64,000 nucleotides of DNA, taken from the NCBI GenBank assembly GCA_035285865.1, contig JAYKHS010000026.1:32001-96000 (forward strand), read 5' to 3'. The notes beneath the pieces were generated by a model that searched no databases, was not told the origin of the DNA, and saw only the letters and a program-made list of their open reading frames with translations. Positions 8,585 through 19,154 of this stretch are shown in pieces (position 1 is the first letter of the stretch; the number at the start of each line of letters is the position of its first letter). The DNA is from Candidatus Sericytochromatia bacterium. GTDB lineage: Bacteria > Cyanobacteriota > Sericytochromatia > S15B-MN24 > VGJW01. The position numbers were made by a program, and so were the translations under genes.

Positions 8585-10468
8585 TCAGCGGCCCCAGGCA
8601 TCCCAGGGGGGACGTGCACGAAGCCCGACGGCGGCGGTGTCCCAGGGCTGGCCCAGCACTCCGAGTCGATCCTGAGGCAACATCAGGTAGCGGTAGATGC
8701 CATCGGCCGCGACATGGTCCTGAAGTGGCTGGCCGAGGCGCAACCGCAGGCGTCTGCCTTCGCCGAGCCGCACATGCTCGCCTCCGGGCCCGAGATTCTC
8801 GCGGATGACCCAGATGCCCGCCAGATGGGGCTCCGGATTGCGCAGGCCCAGGGACAGGGTCTGGCGGTCGAGGGACAGCTCCATCTCTCCTTCGACAGAC
8901 TTGAATGCCTTCTCTGCCGGCCAGTCGAACGGCAGGGCACGAGACCAAGCGACGGGCTGGCCGTCCCGGTCCAGCTCGGCCAGGCGGTACCAGACCCTGC
9001 TGCTCGGCGGATCTTTGCCCAGCAGGGGCTTGGGCAGGGGCAGGTGATCGGCGCCGGGCGGCACCATGCCGAGGCGTCGCCTGTCACCGCTGCGGCACTC
9101 GGGACGGAGGCATCCGTACAGGGCGAGCGGTTCCTCGCGGGAAGTCCACGTCAGGACGGGCGTGCTGCCGACGAGGGCCAGCGCAAAGGTCTGCGGTCGA
9201 TGGATCCACAATGTCGTCAGCAGTGCGACAAGGGCCAGGGCCGCACCTTGTCGGCGATCCGCCGGGGCCATGAAGTCGCGTACGGAGCGGCTGACCGCGC
9301 GATGCCACGGCCGCCGCGCCCCGCGGATCAGGCCCCCGGTGGCCGGGTCGAAGACGGGCTCCCCGCGTGTCGGCGTCCGGGGCATGCGGCCGACCGTGCG
9401 TTGCAGCAGGACAGCCTCGGCCTTGACGTCGTCAACGACGAGGCAGGTCTGCCAAGCATGGGGCATCAGGGCTTCATGCAGGCCACCGTCGTCCCGGACG
9501 AGTCCGCCTCCGGGGCGCATCACATAGGTCCCGACGGGCACGAGTGCGGTGCCCGGGTGCTGAGCACCGGTCTGCAGCAGGCCTTGCAGCACGCGGCGCG
9601 CTTCCTGACGCAGCCCGGGGCCGTCCGTTCCATCGGTCAGGGGGACGGCCGCGAGGATCGTCACGTCGACGCGGGGGCTGCCGTGAAGATCGCGTGCCGG
9701 GGACACGCGTCCCATCAGCAGCCCCCGTCGGGTCTCCACCGGTTCTCTCGGATCGAGCGCACGGCGGACAGCCGTAGGCATGCAGACCCGCAAACTCGCG
9801 TCGCCACCCGGGATCATCCACAGGTCGTCGGCCATGCGTCCCATCCCCACGGGCAGGGCCGGCCAATCGATCGTCGGATCGACTTCGGGTTCTGCCGGGC
9901 TCTCCAGCTCCGACCAAGGGTCATCCCCCTCGCCGACGAATACGGGAGTCGGCGGCTCGGGAATCCCTTCCCGGATCGGGTGGTCGTCCTCGATGCCCAA
10001 GGAGTCCAGGGCATCGCCCAGTGCCTCGTAGAGGCCGGCCATCGCCGAGAGGTCGGCCTCGGGGGGGGCTTCCTCGACCGTCACTGCCCCGACGTTGCCC
10101 GGGCTGTCCGGAACGTGCGCGGCAGCCGGCGGCGCAGCATCCGTCATCGGACTCGCCTGGGGCGATGCCACGGTTGCCGCAGTTGCCGCCTGCGGCTCAG
10201 GGCTCGTGAAGTCCTCGCTCGAGCGGGCCGGGGCTTCGCCATCCAGCAGGAAGCGGTCCAGCGTCGGGATGGCCGCGCCCCCTTCCGGGAAGGCGCCTTC
10301 CAGCGCGGACAAGAGGCCGAGTCCGCCCCCCTCGCCCTCGCCGGGTTCGTCCGTGAACGCGGCCAGCAGCGCCTGACGCTCCTCGACGGTCGTGCGGGCT
10401 CCTTCGAGGCCGCCGCCCGGTCCAGGAGGCGTGCGTGCCTCTTCGTCGGGAGAGCCAGCCGGAACCAT
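8585..10468 (-). CDS. JAB/MPN-like (inactive) + TM + Fn3-like membrane protein
   Basis: ATG 6 nt after a TATCAT -10 box. ETRRGLLMG...VTILAAVP...VGTYVMRPG...WQTCLVVD pattern, TM AALALVALLTTLWI, two Fn3-like repeats. Confidence 0.65.
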   Translation of the reverse strand: MVPAGSPDEEARTPPGPGGGLEGARTTVEERQALLAAFTDEPGEGEGGGLGLLSALEGAFPEGGAAIPTLDRFLLDGEAPARSSEDFTSPEPQAATAATVASPQASPMTDAAPPAAAHVPDSPGNVGAVTVEEAPPEADLSAMAGLYEALGDALDSLGIEDDHPIREGIPEPPTPVFVGEGDDPWSELESPAEPEVDPTIDWPALPVGMGRMADDLWMIPGGDASLRVCMPTAVRRALDPREPVETRRGLLMGRVSPARDLHGSPRVDVTILAAVPLTDGTDGPGLRQEARRVLQGLLQTGAQHPGTALVPVGTYVMRPGGGLVRDDGGLHEALMPHAWQTCLVVDDVKAEAVLLQRTVGRMPRTPTRGEPVFDPATGGLIRGARRPWHRAVSRSVRDFMAPADRRQGAALALVALLTTLWIHRPQTFALALVGSTPVLTWTSREEPLALYGCLRPECRSGDRRRLGMVPPGADHLPLPKPLLGKDPPSSRVWYRLAELDRDGQPVAWSRALPFDWPAEKAFKSVEGEMELSLDRQTLSLGLRNPEPHLAGIWVIRENLGPGGEHVRLGEGRRLRLRLGQPLQDHVAADGIYRYLMLPQDRLGVLGQPWDTAAVGLRARPPWDAWGR

Positions 10469-10527
10469 GGCTTCATGATACCCCCGGGGCGGGCTGGTAG
10501 GATGGAGCGTCAAGCCGGAGGCCCCGC

Positions 10528-12951
10528 ATGCAGGAACGCTACGATCCCCAGTCCATCGAGCCGCGGTGGCAGGACCACTGGGAGCGCCACGAGACCTTCC
10601 GGGTCCGCGAGGATGCGGGCAAGTCCAAGTACTACGTGCTGGACATGTTCCCGTATCCGTCCGGTTCGGGCCTTCACGTCGGCCATCCCGAGGGCTACAC
10701 GGCGACCGACATCGTGGCGCGCTACAAGCGGATGAAGGGTTTCAACGTCCTGCACCCGATGGGCTGGGATGCCTTCGGGCTGCCGGCCGAGCAGCACGCC
10801 CTCGCCACCGGCGAGCATCCGCGGGCCATCACAAAGCGGAACATCGAGACCTTCAAGCGCCAGATCAAGGCCTTGGGCTTCTCCTACGACTGGTCGCGCG
10901 AATTCAGCACCACGGATCCCGATTACTACCGCTGGACGCAGTGGATCTTTCTGAAACTGGTCGAGAAGAACCTGGCCTATGTGGCCGAGGTGCCCGTGAA
11001 CTGGTGCCCGGCGCTCGGGACGGTGCTGGCCAACGAGGAGGTCATCGACGGCAAGAGCGAGCGGGGCGGCCATCCCGTCGTCCGCAAGCCGATGCGCCAG
11101 TGGATGCTGCGGATCACGGCCTATGCCGAGCGCTTGCTCGAGGACCTGGCCGAACTGGACTGGCCCGAGAGCGTTCTCGAGATGCAGCGGCACTGGATCG
11201 GGCGCTCCGAGGGTGCCGAGATCACCTTCCGGCTGCAGGGCTCGGATGCGTCCTTCCGCGTCTTCACCAGCCGACCCGATACGCTCTTCGGAGCCACCTA
11301 CTGCGTGCTGGCGCCGGAGCATCCGCTGGTGGCCCGGGTGACCACCGAGGCCTGTCGATCTGCCGTCGAAGCCTATCAAGCGGCGGCTGCTCGCAAGAAC
11401 GACCTCGATCGGACGGACCTCGCGACCGAGAAGACGGGTGTCTTCACCGGAGCCTTTGCGGTCAATCCTGCCAACGGGGAGTCGATTCCCGTGTGGATAG
11501 CCGACTACGTGCTCGCTTCCTATGGCACGGGTGCCGTGATGGCCGTGCCCGCGCACGACACCCGGGACTGGGAGTTTGCCCGGGTCATGGGTCTGCCTGT
11601 CCGTCGTGTGGTCGAGGGCGGCGACCTCCAGGAATCGGCCTGGACGGGCGATGGAGCGCACCTGGAGTCCGCTTTCCTCGATGGCCTGGACGTGGCGGCG
11701 GCCAAGGCCCGGATGACCGAGTGGCTGGAGGCCGAGGGGCACGGCAGCCGCAAGGTCAACTATCGCCTGCGGGACTGGCTTTTCAGCCGTCAGCGCTACT
11801 GGGGCGAGCCCATTCCCGTCGTGCATCACGAAGATGGCACCTGGTCGGCGCTCGCGCCCGATGCCCTGCCGTTGCTGCTTCCGGACCTCGAGGAGATCAA
11901 GCCGAGCGGGACGGGCGAGAGCCCGCTGGCCCTCGCGAAGGACTGGGTCGAGACGACGGCAGATGGCAAGCCGGTTCGCCGCGAGACCAACACCATGCCG
12001 CAGTGGGCCGGGTCGTGCTGGTATTACCTGCGCTTCATGGACCCTGCCAACGCCGAGGCGCCTTTCGCCAAGGACAAGGAAGCCTATTGGGGCCCCGTGG
12101 ATCTCTACGTCGGTGGGGCGGAGCATGCCGTGCTCCACTTGCTTTACTCCCGATTCTGGCACAAGGTGCTGTACGACCTCGGCCTCGTGTCCACGAAGGA
12201 GCCCTTCAAGCGCCTGTTCAATCAAGGGATGATTCTCGGCGAGAACGGCGAGAAGATGTCCAAGTCCCGGGGCAACGTCGTCAATCCCGATGACGTGGTC
12301 CAGGCCTACGGGGCCGACACGCTGCGGGTCTACGAGATGTTCATGGGGCCACTGGAGGCTTCAAAGCCCTGGAACACCCAGAATGTCGCCGGATCCTACC
12401 GATTCCTCGAGCGTGTCTGGAAGCTTGTCGTTGGTGCGGAAGGTGGCCTGAATCCGGCCATTCGCGACATCGATCCGCTGGCCGCCCGTGATCTCGAGCG
12501 TGCTTTGCACAAGGCCATCGCCAAGGTGGGCGGGGACATCGAGGGCCTGCGCATGAATACCGCCATCAGCGCGCTGATGATCTTCCTGAATGAGGCGGCC
12601 CGGACCGAGGTTCTGCCGCGCGCGACGGTCGAGCGTTTCGTGCTGCTGGTCGCACCCTTTGCACCCCATCTGGCCGAGGAACTCTGGCATCGACTCGGGC
12701 ATGCGCAGAGCCTCGCCTATGCGCCGTGGCCGGCCTTCGATCCCGCGATGACGGTCGAGGACACCGTGGAGTTGGCCATCCAGGTCAACGGGAAGGTGCG
12801 TGGCCGCATCGAGGTGCCGGCCGATGCTCCGGCCGAGCTGGTCGAGAAGGCTGCGCTCGAGGATGCCGACACCCGTACCTGGTGCGAAGGCAAGACGATC
12901 GTCAAGGTCGTCGTCGTGCCGGGACGGCTCGTCAACGTCGTCGTCCGCTGA
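10528..12951 (+). CDS. leuS: leucine--tRNA ligase
   Basis: [14 protein letters not shown] (HIGH), KMSKS and [15 protein letters not shown] motifs; GGAGG SD. Confidence 0.99.
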   Translation: MQERYDPQSIEPRWQDHWERHETFRVREDAGKSKYYVLDMFPYPSGSGLHVGHPEGYTATDIVARYKRMKGFNVLHPMGWDAFGLPAEQHALATGEHPRAITKRNIETFKRQIKALGFSYDWSREFSTTDPDYYRWTQWIFLKLVEKNLAYVAEVPVNWCPALGTVLANEEVIDGKSERGGHPVVRKPMRQWMLRITAYAERLLEDLAELDWPESVLEMQRHWIGRSEGAEITFRLQGSDASFRVFTSRPDTLFGATYCVLAPEHPLVARVTTEACRSAVEAYQAAAARKNDLDRTDLATEKTGVFTGAFAVNPANGESIPVWIADYVLASYGTGAVMAVPAHDTRDWEFARVMGLPVRRVVEGGDLQESAWTGDGAHLESAFLDGLDVAAAKARMTEWLEAEGHGSRKVNYRLRDWLFSRQRYWGEPIPVVHHEDGTWSALAPDALPLLLPDLEEIKPSGTGESPLALAKDWVETTADGKPVRRETNTMPQWAGSCWYYLRFMDPANAEAPFAKDKEAYWGPVDLYVGGAEHAVLHLLYSRFWHKVLYDLGLVSTKEPFKRLFNQGMILGENGEKMSKSRGNVVNPDDVVQAYGADTLRVYEMFMGPLEASKPWNTQNVAGSYRFLERVWKLVVGAEGGLNPAIRDIDPLAARDLERALHKAIAKVGGDIEGLRMNTAISALMIFLNEAARTEVLPRATVERFVLLVAPFAPHLAEELWHRLGHAQSLAYAPWPAFDPAMTVEDTVELAIQVNGKVRGRIEVPADAPAELVEKAALEDADTRTWCEGKTIVKVVVVPGRLVNVVVR

Positions 12952-12963
12952 GGCAGGCGTCAA

Positions 12964-13896
12964 TCAGCCGGTCGTGCCACGCCGCGCCAACATCGGCGCG
13001 GCCAGAGGCCACGCGATGCCCGCCACGATGAGGGCGGCCCCGGCGGCTTCGATGGGCTGGGGCCACAGGCCGAGCAGCAAGATGCCGAGGGCGATGCCGG
13101 CCACCGTTTCTCCCGGCGAGGCCAGCGAGACGATGGCCGGCCGCAGGCTCCGTGATGCGGCCTGCACCAGCGTGTGCCCCATCACGGTGGGCACCAGGCC
13201 CAGTCCGGCCATCGCTGCCCAGCTGGTCCACGGCAGGTCCAGTCTCCAGACGTCGGGGCCACTGTGGCCGGAAACATGGGCCGCCCAGAGCCCCAGAGCG
13301 ACGGTCAGGGCCGCCGTTGCGTAGATGACGGACGCCGAGGCCACGACACCCAGGTGCCGGACGGGTCGCAAGAGGGCAACATAGGCTCCGAAGAGCACGA
13401 CGGCCACCAGGATGCCGAGGTCACCTTCGAGGCGATGTTCGCCATGCCCTGCGCCCTGGGCCACCACCAAGGCGCCCAGCGTCGCGAAGATGAGGCCGAC
13501 CACCTCCATACCGGAAGGTCTCAGGCGAAAGGCCAGCCCGCAGACCAGCACGACCGCGACGGGTTCGAGGCTGACGAGTGACACGGCGGCGGGCAGGGAC
13601 GTATGGGCGAGGCCCCAGAGGAACGCCGAGAAGTGCGCGCCCAGCACCGCGCCGGCTGCCACGACCCGCACGGCTTCGGGGCGAGGCAACTGCCCGAGGC
13701 TTCGCGCCAATTCCCGCCAACCGAACGCGCCCATGGCGAGGGCTGCGACGGTCAGACGGAAGAACGCGGCCTCGAACGGACCGGCCGGGGCCGCCAGACG
13801 TGCCATGGGACCACTGGCCCCGAAGGCCAGGCTTGCCACGATCAGGAACACCCAGGCGAACCAGGCCGGGTGACGGCCCGATTCCGCCTGGGTCAA
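12964..13896 (-). CDS. EamA/DMT family transporter
   Basis: About 10 TM in two repeats (AFFRL, SLEPV, GDLGIL, GHTLV). Confidence 0.9.
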   Translation of the reverse strand: MTQAESGRHPAWFAWVFLIVASLAFGASGPMARLAAPAGPFEAAFFRLTVAALAMGAFGWRELARSLGQLPRPEAVRVVAAGAVLGAHFSAFLWGLAHTSLPAAVSLVSLEPVAVVLVCGLAFRLRPSGMEVVGLIFATLGALVVAQGAGHGEHRLEGDLGILVAVVLFGAYVALLRPVRHLGVVASASVIYATAALTVALGLWAAHVSGHSGPDVWRLDLPWTSWAAMAGLGLVPTVMGHTLVQAASRSLRPAIVSLASPGETVAGIALGILLLGLWPQPIEAAGAALIVAGIAWPLAAPMLARRGTTG

Positions 13897-13900
13897 CGCT

Positions 13901-14266
13901 TCAGGCCGAGACAGCCTGCCAGGGCTCGAGCCGTCCCTTGCCCCAGAGCTGCTCGAGGGCGTAGAACTCGCGGACCTCGTCGCGCATGACGTGCACGACC
14001 ACGAGGCCGCAGTCCAGGAGGACCCAGGAGGCCTCCTGCTGGCCCTCCTGCTTGATGTCCTTCACGCCCGCCGCAATCCACTGCTCCTGGATGTGGTCGG
14101 CAATCGCGCGGACCTGGGCCGGGCTGCCCCCGCTGCAGACCACGAAGTGGTCGCACATGACGGACACGTCCGTGAGGTCGATGCGCATGATGGCCCGGGC
14201 CTTCTTGTCGTCGGCAGCGCGGGAAGCGAGGTCGCAGAGTTCACGGGCACGATCCAAGCGGGACAT
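13901..14266 (-). CDS. rsfS: ribosome silencing factor (Iojap)
   Basis: DDKKA, DHFVVCSG, QVRAIAD, WVLLD, VVHVM, REFYALEQLW. Confidence 0.97.
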   Translation of the reverse strand: MSRLDRARELCDLASRAADDKKARAIMRIDLTDVSVMCDHFVVCSGGSPAQVRAIADHIQEQWIAAGVKDIKQEGQQEASWVLLDCGLVVVHVMRDEVREFYALEQLWGKGRLEPWQAVSA

Positions 14267-14314
14267 TCTCCTGTCAGCGGTGGGTGTTCCATCAGTATGA
14301 CAGGAACGCGCCGC

Positions 14315-14923
14315 TCACGCCGGGCTTCGGTAAAGCCCTCGCTCCATGATCCATCGCCGGACGGGTTCCGGGAGTCCCTCGGGATCATCGCCTGCCGTCA
14401 GGGCTGCGCGGATCGACGTCGCGCTCACGGCCACGGGTGACATCGACACGGGATCGAGGTAATCCGAGAGTGCTTTCGGCATTTCCCCGGCGGTAGGATG
14501 GCCAGGCCGCCCGACGACCGCGAAGCGCACCCTGCCTGCCACCCAATCCATGGCTCGCCAGTCCGCGAGGGTCGGCAGATGCTCATCGCCGATCGCCCAC
14601 CACCACGATCCCCCGGAATGGGCCTCCTGCAGTTCCCGGATCGTGTCGACGGCATAGGAGGGCGCAGGGCGCGCGAGGTCGACTGCCGAGACCTGCACGC
14701 CGTTCATGCCTCGCGTGCCCAGGTGGCACATCCGGAGGCGATCCTGGTCCGGGGCACCGGGTGCCTCCGACTTGAAGGGCGACCTTGCCGCGGGGACCAC
14801 CCAGACCGTGTCGGCGCCCCAGGCCAGCAGCGCATCCACGACGGCACGGTGCCCCGCATGGAAAGGGTCGAAGCTTCCCCCGTAGATGACTTGCCACGGG
14901 CGTGGCAGATCCGCTGTTCTCAT
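14315..14923 (-). CDS. nadD: nicotinate-nucleotide adenylyltransferase
   Basis: YGGSFDPFHAGH, PSYAVDT, VSATSIR; ATGA overlap with proA. Confidence 0.95.
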   Translation of the reverse strand: MRTADLPRPWQVIYGGSFDPFHAGHRAVVDALLAWGADTVWVVPAARSPFKSEAPGAPDQDRLRMCHLGTRGMNGVQVSAVDLARPAPSYAVDTIRELQEAHSGGSWWWAIGDEHLPTLADWRAMDWVAGRVRFAVVGRPGHPTAGEMPKALSDYLDPVSMSPVAVSATSIRAALTAGDDPEGLPEPVRRWIMERGLYRSPA

Positions 14924-16206
14924 GTCCGGACCTGCCCGGTTCCTCGGCCGATGGTCTTGACCGTCGTGAGCTCGCGCAGCCCCATCGGACCGCGCGCGTG
15001 CAGCTTTTGGGTCGAAATGCCGACCTCGGCCCCGAATCCGAACTCCCCTCCGTCCGTGAATCGGGTCGACGCATTCACGTAGACGGCTGCGGCATCGACC
15101 TCGTGCAGGAAGCGTTCGGCGTGCGCATGGTCCCTTGTCACGATGGCCTCGCTGTGGCCCGTCCCGTGCCGGGCGACATGGGCGAGGGCCTCGTCGAGGC
15201 TTGCGACGCACCGCACGCCCATGACGAGGGCCAGGTGTTCGGTGTCCCACGTGTCGGCGTGTGCCGGCTGCATCGGGACAGCCGCGGCCACCGCAAGTTC
15301 GATGGCCTGCGGGCAGCCCAGCAGCGTCACGCCCGCGCTGGCCAGCGCCGCAAGCAGCGCACCGCCGGCCGGATAATCCCGCGCCAGCAGCAGCGTTTCC
15401 GCCGCGTTGCAGACCCCGGGGCGCTGCGTCTTGGCGTTCAGGACGATGGCCTCGGCCATCGAAGGGTCTGCCGAGGCATCCACCAGCACGTGACAGATGC
15501 CGACGCCGGTCTCCAGCACCGGGACCCGGGCCTCTGCGACGACGCTGCGGATAAGGGCCGCGCCACCCCGCGGGATCAGGACGTCCACGAGACCCGTCTG
15601 GCGCATCAGCGCGGTCGCGGCCTCGCGTTCGGGGCGGTCGATAAGCACCACGAGGTCTTCGGGCAGTCCGCAGTCGGCCAAGGCTTCGCGGATCAGGCTG
15701 ACCAGCGCCCTGTTGCTGGACAGTGCCGAACCGCTGCCGCGAAGGACCAGGGCGTTCCCGCTGCGCAGGCACAAGGCGGCTGCATCGATGGTGACGTTGG
15801 GCCTTGCCTCGTAGATGAAGCCCACGACGCCAAGCGGTACGCGGACCTGGCTCAACTGCAGGCCATCGGGTCGTGTCCAGCCGCGCACGACCTCGCCCAC
15901 GGGGTCCGGCAGGTCCGCGACTTCCCGGACCGAGCGCGCCAAGGCCTCGAGGCGGCTGCCATCCAGCATCAGCCGGTCCAGCAAGGCCGGAGCCATGCCC
16001 TGCGCCTTGCCTGCGGCCACATCCCTCGCGTTGGCGTCGAGCACCTGCTCCTGCAGGGCGCGCGACGCCAGACGATCGGCGAGGCGCAGCAGGACGGTCC
16101 GACGCAGCCGTCCGTCCGCACGGGCGAGGACGGGGGCCTGCTCGGCCGCCTGCCGGCAAAGGGCGTTGACCTCGTTGGCGATGGGGTCCGGCATCGGATC
16201 CTTCAT
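14920..16206 (-). CDS. proA: glutamate-5-semialdehyde dehydrogenase
   Basis: VPLGVVGFIYEARPNVT, VCNAAETLL, NASTRFTDGGEFGFGAEVGISTQKLHARGPMG. Confidence 0.98.
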   Translation of the reverse strand: MKDPMPDPIANEVNALCRQAAEQAPVLARADGRLRRTVLLRLADRLASRALQEQVLDANARDVAAGKAQGMAPALLDRLMLDGSRLEALARSVREVADLPDPVGEVVRGWTRPDGLQLSQVRVPLGVVGFIYEARPNVTIDAAALCLRSGNALVLRGSGSALSSNRALVSLIREALADCGLPEDLVVLIDRPEREAATALMRQTGLVDVLIPRGGAALIRSVVAEARVPVLETGVGICHVLVDASADPSMAEAIVLNAKTQRPGVCNAAETLLLARDYPAGGALLAALASAGVTLLGCPQAIELAVAAAVPMQPAHADTWDTEHLALVMGVRCVASLDEALAHVARHGTGHSEAIVTRDHAHAERFLHEVDAAAVYVNASTRFTDGGEFGFGAEVGISTQKLHARGPMGLRELTTVKTIGRGTGQVRT

Positions 16207-17318
16207 GCCTCGGTCTCCTGGCTGTCGAAAAGCACCATGTCGTTGCGATGCACCGCTTCGTCGGCCGTCACGAAGCCTAAAAGGCGCTCGATGGCCTCGG
16301 CCGGATGACCGGCAATCCGGCGGAGGTCGCCGTCCGCGTAATTGACAAGCCCCTGGCCGATGACGCGTCCGCGCAGGTCGGCCATCCGTACCACCGAGCC
16401 GGCAGGGAAGTTGCCCTCGATATCGCAGATGCCGGCCGCCAGCAGGGACTTGCCACGATCGCGCACGGCGACCACTGCCCCGTCGTCGATCCGCAGCAGG
16501 CCGGCGCGTCCATCGGCGGAGGCAATCCATCGGCGTCGAGAGGCGTGTCGTTCCTCGGGTGCGAGAAAGCGCGTGCCGTGGACGTCCCGACCGGCGACGA
16601 GGTCCAGAATGGCCCTTGGCTGGCGGCCATGAATCAGGGTCAAGGGGATGCCGGCCGACGTGGCGATGCGAGCGGCGTGGATCTTGGTGGCCATGCCGCC
16701 CGTACCCAGATCGCTGCCTGCGCCGCCGGCCATGGCCTCGATCTCGGGCGTGATGCGGGGGACTTCTCGCTGCAGGCGGGCTTCCGGGTGATCGGGATGG
16801 CGGTCGTAGAGGCCGTCGATGTCCGTCAGGATCACGAGGTGGTCGGCATCCACGAGACCAGCCACATGGGCCGACAAGGTGTCGTTGTCCCCGTAGCGAA
16901 GTTCCTCGGTCGCGATGGAGTCGTTTTCGTTGACGATGGGCACCACGGGTGGATCGAACGCCAGCAGGCGCGCCAGCGTGCCGCGGGCGTTCAGGTAGCG
17001 CTTGCGGTCATCGAGGTCTGCCCGGGTCAGCAGCAGCTGCGCGGTCGCGATGCCCAGTGGAGCCAGCAGCGATTCGTAGGTGTGCATGAGCAGGCCCTGG
17101 CCGACGGCGGCGGCTGCCTGCTTCGTCGCGAGATCCGGGGGCTTGCCGATGCCGAGGCGGGCGCGGCCCGCCCCCACGGCGCCGCTGGTCACGAGCACCA
17201 CTTTGTGCCCCGCATCGATGAGGTCACCGACCACGGAAGAAAGGGCCAGCAGGAACCGACCATCGAGGCCGTGATCCCGGGCGATGGTGCTGGTCCCGAT
17301 CTTGAGCACCACAATCAC
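16203..17318 (-). CDS. proB: glutamate 5-kinase with PUA domain
   Basis: VLKIGTS, VTSGAV, NENDS, GDNDTLSA, GTGGMATKI. Confidence 0.98.
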   Translation of the reverse strand: MIVVLKIGTSTIARDHGLDGRFLLALSSVVGDLIDAGHKVVLVTSGAVGAGRARLGIGKPPDLATKQAAAAVGQGLLMHTYESLLAPLGIATAQLLLTRADLDDRKRYLNARGTLARLLAFDPPVVPIVNENDSIATEELRYGDNDTLSAHVAGLVDADHLVILTDIDGLYDRHPDHPEARLQREVPRITPEIEAMAGGAGSDLGTGGMATKIHAARIATSAGIPLTLIHGRQPRAILDLVAGRDVHGTRFLAPEERHASRRRWIASADGRAGLLRIDDGAVVAVRDRGKSLLAAGICDIEGNFPAGSVVRMADLRGRVIGQGLVNYADGDLRRIAGHPAEAIERLLGFVTADEAVHRNDMVLFDSQETEA

Positions 17319-17328
17319 GGCAGGGACC

Positions 17329-18603
17329 TCAGTCCACCCAGGTGAAGGCCACGTCGGCGACCTGCACCGTGTCTCCGTCCTTGACGTCCAGTTCGCGAAG
17401 CGCGTCGTAGATGCCGCTGCCCTTCAGGCCGCGCTCGAAGCGATGGATGGCTTCGGGGCTCTCGGGATCCCACGTCGTGAGCAGGCGGTCTGCTGTCGGG
17501 CCCGTGACCTCGAAGCCTTCCCGGGTCCGCCGGATGGTGAAAGGAGCCTCCTCGGGCTTCTCGGGCAACGCTTCCGGCAGGAAGCGTGTCGGCTCCGGCA
17601 GGGTGGGCAGCGTCCGGCGCAGGTGGTCCAGCAGAGGCTGAAGGCCCTGGCGGGTTGCGGCTGATCCCGCGACCACCACAAGGCCTTGGCCCTCGAGGAC
17701 CGCACGGACATGTTCCTCGTGCGCCCTGGCTTCCGGCAGGTCACACTTGTTCAGGAAGGCCACCCGGGGTCTCGCCGCCAGCTCGGGGCTGTAGGCTGCC
17801 AACTCATGCTCGATGGTGTTCCAGTCGGCCAAGGGATCACGACCTTCCATGCCGCCGGAGAGGTCGAGCACGTGAATCAGCAGCCGGGTGCGCTCGACAT
17901 GGCGCAGGAAGGCATGGCCCAGTCCGGCGCCTTCGTGGGCCCCCTCGATGAGACCGGGGATGTCGGCGACGATCATGGTGCCGCCGTCATCGAACCGCAC
18001 GACGCCAAGTTGCGGCTGGAGGGTGGTGAAGGGGTAGTCCGCGATCTTGGGACGTGCTGCCGATACGGCGCTTATGAGCGTGCTCTTGCCAGCATTGGGC
18101 AATCCGACGAGGCCGACGTCTGCGAGCAGCTTGAGCTCCAGGACGAGGTCCCGGGTGACGGCGGGACCACCCGGTTCGGAGTGGGTCGGCGCCCGATGGA
18201 CCGGGGTCGCGAAGGCCGCATTGCCACGTCCGCCACGCCCCCCTTGGGCGGCAATCCAGCGATCGCCGGGGTCGGCGAGGTCGGCCATGACGCGGCCGCT
18301 ATCCGCGTCGCGGATGACCGTGCCGCAGGGCACGCGCACGACGCGATCCTGCCCTGTGCGGCCCGTGCGATTCTTCTGACCGCCGGGCTGGCCGTCGTCG
18401 GCCTCGTAGTGCCGACGCAGTTGGAAGTCCAGCAAGGTCTGCAGGTCGTGTGTGGCCTCGAAGACCACGTCGCCCCCCTTGCCGCCGTCGCCACCCCACG
18501 GTCCCCCGTGCTCGACATATTTTTCCTGGCGGAACCCGACGCAGCCGTTGCCACCTCGGCCGCTCGTGACCTTGACGGTGGCCTTGTCGACGAAGAGGCT
18601 CAT
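17329..18603 (-). CDS. obgE: GTPase ObgE/CgtA
   Basis: MSLFVDKA, GGDGGKGG, GLPNAGKST, DYPFTT, DIPGLIEGA, NKCD; C-terminal DUF1967-like tail. Confidence 0.98.
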   Translation of the reverse strand: MSLFVDKATVKVTSGRGGNGCVGFRQEKYVEHGGPWGGDGGKGGDVVFEATHDLQTLLDFQLRRHYEADDGQPGGQKNRTGRTGQDRVVRVPCGTVIRDADSGRVMADLADPGDRWIAAQGGRGGRGNAAFATPVHRAPTHSEPGGPAVTRDLVLELKLLADVGLVGLPNAGKSTLISAVSAARPKIADYPFTTLQPQLGVVRFDDGGTMIVADIPGLIEGAHEGAGLGHAFLRHVERTRLLIHVLDLSGGMEGRDPLADWNTIEHELAAYSPELAARPRVAFLNKCDLPEARAHEEHVRAVLEGQGLVVVAGSAATRQGLQPLLDHLRRTLPTLPEPTRFLPEALPEKPEEAPFTIRRTREGFEVTGPTADRLLTTWDPESPEAIHRFERGLKGSGIYDALRELDVKDGDTVQVADVAFTWVD

Positions 18604-19154
18604 GAGGCTTGGGTGCGCGCGAGACGCATCGAGCCGAGGACCAGCATCGCGATGCCCACGTCGATGCCGATGTCGGCGATGTTGTAGATCGGGAACCAGT
18701 TCTGGCCGTGCACGACGTTCACGAACAGCCAGTGGATGTCCGGGCCTGGCCAGCGCATGTCGAACATGTCCGTGACGGCTCCGAAGCGGATGCGGTCGAC
18801 GAAGTTGCCCACCGTGCCGCCCAGCAGCAGGCCCAGGCCCGTGGCCTGCCACCAGCGCGGGGCCTCGAGGCTGCGTTCGTAGGCGAGGATGAAGACCGTG
18901 ACGGTACCGGCGACGAGGGCCAGGAACCAGACATTGCCGGCCAGGATGCTCCAGGCTCCGCCAGTATTCTTGACGTGGGTCAGCGCCATCCAGTTCTCGC
19001 GGAGGAAGGGCACCGAATACGGCAGTCCATCCATGGGTTGCCCCACGACGGCCAGGTGCTTCTCGGTCCAGGCCTTGACGGCCATGTCGAAGCCGAGCCA
19101 CGCGGCAAAGACGGCGTACATCAGGTGGCTGGCGAGCGGGGTGCGGTTGTCCAC
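18600..19154 (-). CDS. lspA: lipoprotein signal peptidase II
   Basis: NTGGAWS, GGTVGNFVDR, VTDMF, YNIAD. Confidence 0.95.
   Translation of the reverse strand: MDNRTPLASHLMYAVFAAWLGFDMAVKAWTEKHLAVVGQPMDGLPYSVPFLRENWMALTHVKNTGGAWSILAGNVWFLALVAGTVTVFILAYERSLEAPRWWQATGLGLLLGGTVGNFVDRIRFGAVTDMFDMRWPGPDIHWLFVNVVHGQNWFPIYNIADIGIDVGIAMLVLGSMRLARTQAS

Noticed and set aside
8312..12225. Long antisense or alternate-frame ORFs (e.g. 8312-10735 +, 10510-12225 -; also 22766-24511, 33602-35020, 44389-46296, 59075-60388)
   Set aside because: Shadow ORFs of real genes, expected from stop-codon scarcity in GC-rich DNA; no motifs.
10528..19154. obgE-proBA-nadD-rsfS / leuS gene order as unusual
   Set aside because: A widely conserved housekeeping neighbourhood; the leuS orientation alone is not informative.
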